The notes below the pieces were generated by a model that had not been told where the DNA came from, did not search any database, and saw only the letters and a list, made by a program, of their open reading frames with translations. This document shows positions 53,771 through 64,000 of a DNA stretch of 64,000 nt, one piece after another (positions within the stretch are counted from its first letter, which is position 1; each line of letters starts with the position of its first letter). Location of the stretch: the NCBI GenBank assembly GCA_053919585.1, contig CM132787.1; one strand, 5' to 3'. The position numbers were made by a program, and so were the translations under genes. The stretch is from Euprymna scolopes. Taxonomy: Eukaryota.

Positions 53771-54304
53771 CCTTGTACACGTTTTTTCTTAATTTTTAAT
53801 TTATTTATTCCCATACTTTGTGGACCAGGCGAAAATGCAGGCCCCACAATTTTAATGAACCACCGCTCTGGCAGATCAAACATACCCATTCCTGTGTCCC
53901 GATACATCTTTTATGATTATATGTACTCAGTTGTTTTTAAATAGTACACCATATAGGAGCNNNNNNNNNNNNNNNNNNNNNNNNNNNNNNNNNNNNNNNN
54001 NNNNNNNNNNNNNNNNNNNNNNNNNNNNNNNNNNNNNNNNNNNNNNNNNNNNNNNNNNNNNNNNNNNNNNNNNNNNNNNNNNNNNNNNNNNNNNNNNNNN
54101 NNNNNNNNNNNNNNNNNNNNNNNNNNNNNNNNNNNNNNNNNNNNNNNNNNNNNNNNNNNNNNNNNNNNNNNNNNNNNNNNNNNNNNNNNNNNNNNNNNNN
54201 NNNNNNNNNNNNNNNNNNNNNNNNNNNNNNNNNNNNNNNNNNNNNNNNNNNNNNNNNNNNNNNNNNNNNNNNNNNNNNNNNNNAATGGGCCTATGCCTTA
54301 TACA

Positions 54305-55600
54305 ATTTATATGGAAAACGGTGAAATACGAGGCGACATACTTGCATCCACATTATTTTCTACACATCACGATGTGATGTTGGTGCATGCGTTTTCCATT
54401 GCGAGATTTGGTGAAGTTTTGATTTCGCACATCATGTAAACTGTATAAAAAACCTTGTTCTTGAAGTGTTGTATTCAGATTATGCAGATTTTATTTCCCA
54501 TATAGAAGCAGACACACTGATTGCTATGAACAAGTTATCAGACGCATGTAAAGCTTACCAATATCTGAAACAGTGTATATTGTGTATTCATTTCCTGTAG
54601 GAATGGCATATGTTCTACCAAATATCTTGCTTGATTGTAAGAAGTTTAATATCACGTACGCTACTGTATGTCTGTGTAGTATGTTGAGTAAGTATTTTAC
54701 GTTTTATGCTTAGGTAAATAACCGAATAGCGAAAGCTAGTCCAGCTATTTGTAAATTGGAGGACCGTGTTTTTTTTTCAGATCAGGAACTCATATCAAAA
54801 ACATAGATAAGTGTTTACGAAACATGAATTAACACAACTCAGAGACTTCGACAATATATAGAAGGCATGCAAAGTTACATAACTGGTTTCATCAAATTTT
54901 TACTGGGATAATAATTAATTTTAACTAGAGTACTCTAACGCCTGACACTGTATTTACTTAATAATCCAATATTACTAGTATTAAAATGAAAATCATTCCA
55001 AATAAATGCGCTGGATTAGACACTCAGTAAGGGTGACTGACAAAATACTTTCTAATCAACTGTTTTATGGAGAAATGTGTAAAATGCCACAAAATAAACA
55101 ATGAAAAAATGTTTAAGGATTCTTGGAAAACAACTTGAAAATACTTGAGATGTATGGACATGACTGGAAAGCTACGACAAAAGATCGATGCTTGTGAAGA
55201 AAAACCATCGGAGAAAGTTGCAAGGTTTTCCAAAAAAATCGTGTCGACCTTGCTGTATAAAAACGGATAACAAGAAGAACATATAATGCCAGAGAAATTA
55301 CAAAACTAACGTTATGTGGCAAATGTTCTTATCAAAAGAAAATGTTTAAATCATCTTACATAACACAATCAAAAAGAGGATAGAGGGTCTTATCAGGAGG
55401 CTTTTACAGCATATACTGCAACTCTAATCTGCAATATTTGTGGTCAAATCTGCAAATCTACGAGTGCCCTTACAGGAAATTAAATGATTTACAATATTAT
55501 CATTACATCACCATAACGAGAAGAATATTTTATATCACATGAGTGAAATTTAATGCAGAACTAAAGCTGGATTAAAAAGTAATTTACGTGCACACATTAA
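54305..55600 (+). mobile_element. Decayed RTE-like LINE (RT to C-terminal C2H2-like fingers)
   Basis: NGEIRGDILASTLFST (cf. GVKQGD.LAPTLF); cttaggtaaataaccgaatagcgaaagctagt encodes NNRIAKAS; CNICGQICKSTSAL and CRTKAGLKSNLRAH. A TA/TG-rich tail follows at 55640-55745. Confidence 0.8.
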
Positions 55601-55749
55601 ATTGGAGGAATGGAACATGTATGTCGAGGAGTTGCAATAATCATATCTATGTATAAATATATGTATGTGTGTGTTTGTATCTATATTCAATATATATACA
55701 TATATATAGTTATATATGTAAATAATATAATATATATATATATAACTTC

Positions 55750-56755
55750 AAATACCCACCTGAAACTTACCACAAACATAAGCACACTTTATATTATATT
55801 GATTATAAATCATACCACCCAATGCCACTGAAAAAAACAATTATAGCGAGTATATATAGAAAACCATTTCCTAACTATCCAAAAATGAGGCTATTTTTAA
55901 TAACAAGAAAGACTATTACAAAGAAGTACTAGCCAGATCTGGATATAAAGGCGAAATTAAATATATTAACAATGTAAACTAAGCAGCAGGGAAAGGGAAA
56001 ATATCAGATCCTAAATCGTCAAATGTTATTTCACACAATATGACAATGTGAAAATCCAATCATACAAATAGTAGTAAAATATCAATGGTAATAAAAATAA
56101 TGTTATAAACAATATCAGTAAGTCCCAAATTATAAACACTTATCCAATTAAACAAACAAATAGACGTAAAATGTTTGTTTTTTTCACTTCTCCTTATAGT
56201 GCACGTATGAAAATATTTTATCAAAATAATTTATTTCCAATTATCAATAAAAATTTCCCTATTGGAAATAGCAAAAATAAAATTATAAACCCGAATAATG
56301 TTTCGACGTCGACTATTATCAGTTCTAACAATGGGGAAATTAACAAAGAGACACGTGTCAGAGGATTAAATAATCAAAACATTGTCTCATTTCGAATGTA
56401 GTTTATAAATATGCTGTAACAGATAATAACAGAATTAGAACATATATTAAGCCACAGTTGTAGCTTTAAAAAATATTCATTTATCAAATAGATTGCTACA
56501 AATTCTACAATAAGAGGAAAACAGCATCATTAACAAATCGGATTTGGGAATTAAGGAAAAAACAATTTAAATACAAATTGAAGTGATCGTTATTGTGCAG
56601 TGCCAGTAAATACTCACCAATCTAATTGGACCGCAACTTCACAACATATCATATAATAATACCTAAAGAAAAAATTCTTAATAAGCATCAGGAAGTAATT
56701 CAAAATTGTTTACATTAATCAAAATATGCGTTATCCCGATTAAAACCTGACTAGT
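55750..56755 (+). mobile_element. Decayed Penelope-like element (RT thumb/linker plus GIY-YIG endonuclease)
   Basis: YIDYKSYHPMPLKKTI, LARSGYKGEIKY, RRKMFVFFTSPYS (cf. RKIIWFNPPYS), NVVYK..RTYI, TASLTNRIWELRKKQFKYKLK*S, ILNKHQEVIQNCLH. Confidence 0.85.
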
Positions 56756-57153
56756 AAAATTATTAAATTGAAAGTATGTTAACGTATTTAGCAAAGCAAA
56801 GTATATTATTATTTTTGAGACTAAAATGTAAATAAATAAATTGAGAATAAAAATTAAAATAATAAATTAAAAGTAATAATAAAGGTTAGGTAAACAATTC
56901 AATCTAAATTTATTATAACAATGATTTTAAGAATAATTTAATCAGTAAATAAAAAGGGAAATGTATGAATGTTTGGGTTGAACGATTTAGTACGATTTCA
57001 AATTATCATGTTACGATATCATATAAATAGTACTGAATTCTATAATAGTCATTTATAAGGGGTTTAAATAGATGTAATAAGTAACCAATCGAATTAAATA
57101 ATATATCATTTGGAAAATAGATTAAATAAAAGGAAACGAGAGTACAACATATA

Positions 57154-57199
<46 letters not shown>

Positions 57200-58509
57200 C
57201 TACATTAATAGCATAATTTAAAGGGTTTTCTATAAGAATATAGGCCTAATGAATTAAGATAATGATAGCATAAAGTATGGCAAAATATATCTATATATAT
57301 AATACGAACAATGATATACGCATGCTAATATATTACACATACTATAATTATTTAAATGTGGAGTGATAAAAAGAGGATACAATTAGGTATGGAGGAAGAA
57401 GTAAATATAAAATTGGTATAGGGAATAGAAATGAATCATATTATTGCTTAGTTTAATAGTAATGTGTATAGATTGCAAAGTTGATTTTGTTAAGTAAGGT
57501 AATTTATGGATAAACAAAAAAGAGAAAAAGAATAAATGGCTATAATCAGAATATTAAAAATTTATCAGACTTCAATTATTGATCTAAAAATAAAATTTAT
57601 ATGATGCTACAAGTGATTGTTAATTTATGGATGAGTATTTTCGAGAGTATTAACCAAATGGTTAATTGTTAGAATAAATGTACAAACAAATGTTATAGTT
57701 ATAATATTGTAAATCTACTAAGATAAACTATATATTTTAATATATATTTACTCATTAAATTAACGTCTGTAAATTCATCTCGCAATTATTAGTTAAATTA
57801 AATTTAAAATCAAATAAATAGATATATAAACAAAAAAATAAATAAAAATAAGATTTAATTAAATTACATAGGGGAGGGGGTTAAAAGTATAAGGAAACCC
57901 TGGGTTGGATTTGGTCTATAAGTTTTAGATCAAAACAATATTGATCTATCTTACAAACTTGAATTATTCCTAGAATTAGTTTTAACTAAAATATATATTT
58001 ATTCAATTATAATAAAAATAATATTTTATCAGAGGAACAAACCATGAAACATACTTATTAGAGAATTAGGATATACACAATGATAACAAAAATTTTGCTT
58101 AAATAAGGAACAAGTTCGTATAAGGGTTATTAAAACAAGATTGCCGTATGTAGAATTGAGCACAGTTTAAGAAAGGTAAAAATTAAAGATATTAATTACA
58201 ATATAAATAATAATTATGGTGCTGATATTGATTATGATATAGTTACATATTTAAATAAAATGATTAAATATTTAAATAAATTAAATAAATATTTAAACAA
58301 ATACATAAAAAATCGAACTAAATTGACGTAACTAATTAATTTACAATTCAACGTTAGCAGATATTTAGTATAACTTTATAACCGATGATTATCGATTTAA
58401 ATAATCTGAAATACTTATATTTCACATTGGAGAAATAGTCGTTTAATTTATAATAAAAATCGATTTATTTTTTTAAAATAATATTGAGATAAAGACATTG
58501 AAACTTAAC

Positions 58510-59164
58510 ATTTATAAATCTACACATGTGTTCATTTTCTGTTGTTATCTTTTAAATTACACCTATGTACTACATTATCAATGAGACATTTACCTTCTAA
58601 TGTGCCTTGAATTCCAAAGTGAATTCACTTCAATGTTTTGATTATTTAATAATCCTTCTACATTTCTCTCTTTGCTAATTTTTCCAGTGTTAGAACTTAT
58701 AATAGTCGACATCGAAAAAAATAATTTACCATTATTCTGGTTTCAAATTTTACTTAGACTATTTCAAGTAGGGAAATGTTTATCGAAAATTTGAAACAAA
58801 CTCTTTTGGTAAATGAGTTTAATGTGTGCACTGTAAGGAGAATTGAACCAACATAATTTTTACGTCTAGTTTTATTTTTTAATTGCATAAGTGTTGATAA
58901 TTTGGGACTTACTGATATCGTCTATAACATTATTTTTATTACCATTAATATTTTTCCTACTATTTGTATAATCAGATTAACCCATTGCCATAATGTGTGA
59001 AATAACATGTGACGGTTTAGGGTATGATAATTTCCCTGTCTCTGCGGCTTGATTTATGCTTATATATTTAATTTCGCCTTTATATCCAGATCTGGCAAGT
59101 CCTTCGTTGAAATATTCTTTCTTGGTATTAAAAATATCATCATTTTTGGATAATTTGGAAATGG

Positions 59165-59216
<52 letters not shown>

Positions 59217-59290
59217 GAAATAATCGCTTTTTTTCATTGATATAATCAATATAATATAAAGTTTAATTAGGTTTATGGTAAGGTGCAGAT
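58510..59290 (-). mobile_element. Inverted copy of the Penelope-like remnant
   Basis: ISKLSKNDDIFNTKKEYFNEGLARSGYKGEIKY and LEGKCLIDNVV. Reverse-complement homolog of 55750-56460. Confidence 0.85.
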
Positions 59291-59449
59291 GTTTTGTTAA
59301 TTTTATAAATAATATATATTATTCATATATATATATATATGTATATATTGTATATAGATACAAACATATACACACATATATTTATACATACATATGATGA
59401 TTGCTACTCCTTGACAGATATTTTCTATTTCTTCAATTAAATGTTGCAC

Positions 59450-60700
59450 ATCTGTGTGCACGTAAATTACTTTTTAATCCAGGTTCTGTTCTGCATTAAA
59501 TTGCACTCATCTGACATAAAACTGTTCTTGACGTAAGGTTGATGCAATGATAATATTGTAAATCCTTGAATTTCCTGTCAAGGCTCGTTTAGATTTGCAG
59601 ATTTGACCACAAATATGGGAAGTTAGATTTGAAGTATATGCGGTAAAAATTTCCTTTTTAGACTTCTTTCCTGTCTTTGATTTTGTGATGTAAGATAATT
59701 TACAAAATAATCCTTTGCTATAAATATTTGCACCATATCGTTCTGGTTGTAATTTTTCTGACATTATATGGTCGTCTTGTTTTCTGGAATTCCCTTTTCA
59801 TACTGCAAGCTCTACGCAATTTCTTTTTTGAAACTCTTGCAACTTTCTCTTATGGTTTTTATTTATAGTCATCTATCGTTTGCTGTAGCTTTCATGTTAT
59901 GTACATACATCTCAAAGATTTTCAAGTTGTTTTTCAAGAACCGGTAAAAATTTTTTCATTGTTTATGTTGTGATATTTTTCCCATTTCTCCATAAAACAG
60001 TTGTTTATAAAGTATTTTGTCCTCCACCGTAACCGAGTGTCTAATCCATGTCTATATGTTGTCGAAGTCTCTGGATTGTGTTAATGCATGTTTCGTAAAC
60101 ACTTATCTATGTTTTTGCTATGAGTACCTGATCTGAAAAAAACAAGTTTCCCATGTTTACCAATAGCTGAACTAGCTTCGCTATTCGGTTATTTATCTAA
60201 GCATAAAACGCAAAGTCCTTACTCAACATACTACACAGACATACAGAAGCATCGGTGACATTAAACCTCTTACAATCAGCCAATATATTTCGTAGAACAT
60301 ATGCCATTCCTATAGGAAAGGAATACATAATATACATTGTTTCAAATATTGGCAAGCTTTACATGCGTCTGATAACTTGTTCATAGCACTCAGTGTGTCT
60401 GCTTCTGAATGGGACAAAATTTGCATAATCTGAATAGAACAATTGAAGAACATGGTTTTGAGACGTTTTTGACTTTGCGTTTTTTTACTTTTGCGTGTAG
60501 AAATCCAATGTTATACAGTTTACATGAGATGCGCAATAACACTTCACCAAATCTCGCAATAGCAATAGCATACACCAACATCACAGCGAGATGTGTAGAA
60601 AATAATGTGGATGCAAATATGTCACCTCGTATTTCACCTTTTTTATATAAATAAACGTAAAAAGCGTTCAAAGTGTGTAGCGTTAGAAATATGTGGTTTA
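59450..60700 (-). mobile_element. Inverted copy of the RTE-like remnant
   Basis: KGEIRGDIFASTLFSTHLAVML and HICGQICKSKRAL. Reverse-complement homolog of 54305-55600. Confidence 0.85.
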
Positions 60701-63340
60701 TGAACATTGGAAATATCGAACAAAAATTAATATACCATTGTAGTATTAATTCGTACGAGTTGCAGTTTACAATACAATAAACTTCTACAATATAGCATGA
60801 AAAAGGTATTACATATTATATACGCATTAGCAATCGCTTTATAAACGACAATACGGTTACTGTTTTTTTTTTATTTATGAGTGTGGTCTGAAATATTTTG
60901 TCCAAAAAATTCCACTTAATATATTTATGTCCTGTTTCTACATAAAACCCCTTTTTTATTTGTAATCACAAGGACATATTTTATTGTATTATGTCTATTG
61001 ACAAAAATATTGCGGGACATAAGGATACAGCATATTTTTTATTTAGTGTTGCATTTTAAAAATGTATATTTTGTTTGTATTTTCAGAAGAAAATGAAATC
61101 CAATATACATAATGGTAAACGTAACATAATTAATTTAGAGAGGAGAATTAAGGATAATACCCATTAGTATATGACATTTTAAGTATTATTTAGTAAAAAC
61201 GTAATCAAAGAATAATGACCTGTATAAAAACACACTTGAAAAAAGGTCTGTAACAACAAATTGAATGCTAGATTAAATAAACATTCACAATTATCAACAT
61301 GTCCTTTTATTTACTAAATACTATTTTTGTTCATTGAAATCGAAAGCGGATCGAATCATAAATTATAAATCAGTTGGCGTTCTCTGTGCATGTCAGCACG
61401 CGTCTGATACAATAACAAATAATATAAGGTGCAGAAAATATCGTTTAAAATTATATAGAGCCTGGATAATTGTCTTATTGTTTTACTTGTTACTAGCTGA
61501 AATACATGGCATTGTTAAGGTGTATTTGAGATATTTTAATATGCCGCCCTGATTCATAACTATCTGATTACTTGAACGAAACATTAATTCATAATTGAGT
61601 CTTTTTTCACATCACTTATGAGGCATAATCATTAGGTGCGCTTTTTCTTATAGAGGTCTCGCCATTAGCTTGAATCCATTTTCTTAACCTTTTATCTTTT
61701 AGTCTTTCTTTATTCGAAATACGATGTAAGAATTCCAATTATTATTTTATATCGTAGTTACAGTTTTGTCTTTTAGCTTTAATTATAGATATGGCACAAC
61801 TAATTTTGAATGAACATTATATTAGTTGTTCATTTGATAAGAAATAAGAGAAAAGAAAATTATCGAAATGGAATAGGGGCAATCATTTAATTTAAAAGAA
61901 ATAACATTGTTACAGTTACGTTAGCCTATCAATATTTTATTGTCTTTTGCCTCGGGAAATATTTACCTATTACATTTGAAATTAGAAAAAAATGAAACGC
62001 AAGAATATCACATTAGACCAAGCTAAGTCCTTTTATCAAAACTGTACTCAGAATGTGTCCTATGTTGTGGAGTATTTACTTAAGGAACGAATGATGTCTG
62101 CATTGACTTTTATTTTCGATCGTAAGGGATTTCCAGTAAAAATATAATAATTAAATAATATTTAATATTTTTAAAGACACTAAGAAATTAAAAAGAGATT
62201 TTTACTTTCGAAACTTTTAAATAATTATTTTGGTGTTGCTTTCTGTAAAATAGGTGTTTGTATGTTTTACACAATGCAGATATTCGCATATATTAATACA
62301 AAGTTTAAAAATGAATCGGTATCATCAGCTTGAATCGAAAACAAACTATTTAGCTTCACAGTCGTGTCTTTACCGAGGATTATATCGAGAGCAACATAAT
62401 ATTGTCCAAATATACAAAACAATTGAAGAAATGAATTGTTTGTCAACTTGGGCAAATAGAAAGAAAAAGAATGTCGGCCAGTAGAAAGGAAGAGTTCACA
62501 TCACAAGTTGCCAATCTATGCGTGTAGTCATTTTAGCTCAACCCAAACAAATATTTTACTCGTTATTTACTATGCTTGGCGTATAATTACGATTTGCTGT
62601 TAATTTCAGGGTTATGGGACCAGTAGTTTAGGAGTGTACTCGTGAAATATTTACATGCACTTTCATCTATTGTTTTATTTATCTAGATAAATAATATGGA
62701 CTCATAACCGTAACAAAACTTCTACAGAAGACTTACTATTTCACGCGTTATATTACAGGTAACTACATATTTATACATTTTAAAATATACGAAATGATGT
62801 AAATCCCATATTCATTTAGTATTTACGATGCTCACTTTTACCGTGGCCTTCGTTATAAAGATGGCCGGCCAGCTGAAAAAATGACGTCATCGCCGAGGTC
62901 CCAACAAGCAAGATATGTGGAACTCTTAGACTGTCAATAATGAACAGTAATTTTTACAGACAGCGTTACAAAACTTCAAAATTGGATTAAAATAAAGAAA
63001 TAAAGAAAGAACTAGATTTATACTGAAACTCATCTAATATTAATAATAAAAAAAATAATAAAAAAACACAAGTTATTTGTTTAAGTATATTATAAGCAAT
63101 TGCATATTTCGTTGTATTATAGATTTTAAAGATTAGAATGCGTTCTTTAATTACTTATAAATTACATTTTATAAAAGTGAAGGAACACGATTTGATTTGA
63201 AATAAACTTGAAGTTTATTTAATATAATTAAATAAAAATTATGCATGTAAGATTATGAATATTTGAAGCAGAACACAAGCAAAACATTTGATATGAGTTA
63301 AGACTCTAAACAAATATTAAAATTAAACTTTTTTTTAAAG

Positions 63341-63410
63341 CAAAATGAATATTCTTTTAAATCAAAATGAATATTTTTTAATCAAAATGAATATTTTTAA
63401 ATCAAAATGA
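63341..63410. repeat. ~21-bp minisatellite, ~3.5 units
   Basis: caaaatgaatatt(c)tttt(a)aat repeated. Confidence 0.9.
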
Positions 63411-64000
63411 ACCACAATATTTTTTTCAAAATCAAAAACAATATTTTTAATAAATTCATAAAATATTGCACAGTAAAAAAATTAACCTAAAGAAAAAATC
63501 ATGTTTCTTATTTAAGATTATTTCACCACATAACAAAAATAACATGCAAAATAATTTTTTTTTATATCCATATTTTCAGTTTGCTAAAATACGTGGGTTT
63601 GTATTACTGTACACATAGATTCGAAAAAGTTGTCAAAAAACAAATATATAACAAATAAATGTTATCAAAGGCAAGATAAGTTACTTTTCTACCAAACTGG
63701 ATATATTTTTCGTGATTTTTTTCAATGTAACATGTTTATTCAGCTCGAAAAACATAGTGTTTACCGATGTATTCGAAAATTCCAGATGGCGTCTGATTCT
63801 CTCTTTAGCACGGTAAGTTTGGGAAAAGGTGTTATAAATACAAAACCGGATAAAATACTGTTAAAAACTCGCTCAATATATGTTACCGTGACATAGGTTG
63901 ACATATATTCGGCGGGTTTTTAATAGTATGTTGTATAGTTTTTTATTCATAATACCTTATCCCAAACTTACAGTGTTAAAGAGATAATCAGACGCCATCT

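Overview
AT-rich (roughly 70% AT by eye) eukaryotic, most likely invertebrate-animal, draft-assembly DNA with five N gaps and about 20 (TA)n/(CA)n microsatellites. I find no credible intact host protein-coding gene; the ORF track is noise, microsatellite translation or decayed transposon. The window is mostly decayed mobile elements: two CR1/L2-like LINE RT remnants, RTE-like LINE remnants, Penelope-like (GIY-YIG) remnants, a Tc1/mariner (maT-like) transposase remnant, Gypsy LTR/integrase remnants and several non-autonomous Helitrons. Four structures stand out. (1) Two unrelated fold-back elements (19.1-19.6 kb and 33.6-34.5 kb) each carry a divergent pair of type I hammerhead ribozymes, with one consensus-perfect copy per pair. 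(2) A ~54-bp satellite of 30+ copies has a unit that is a Helitron 3' terminus (hairpin + CTAG), nested antisense in a 4.7-kb Helitron-like element. (3) A ~2.1-kb inverted duplication carries an RTE+Penelope composite (54.3-60.7 kb). (4) A 700-bp tandem duplication is split by a 2.2-kb insertion. All alignments were done by eye, so element boundaries are approximate.
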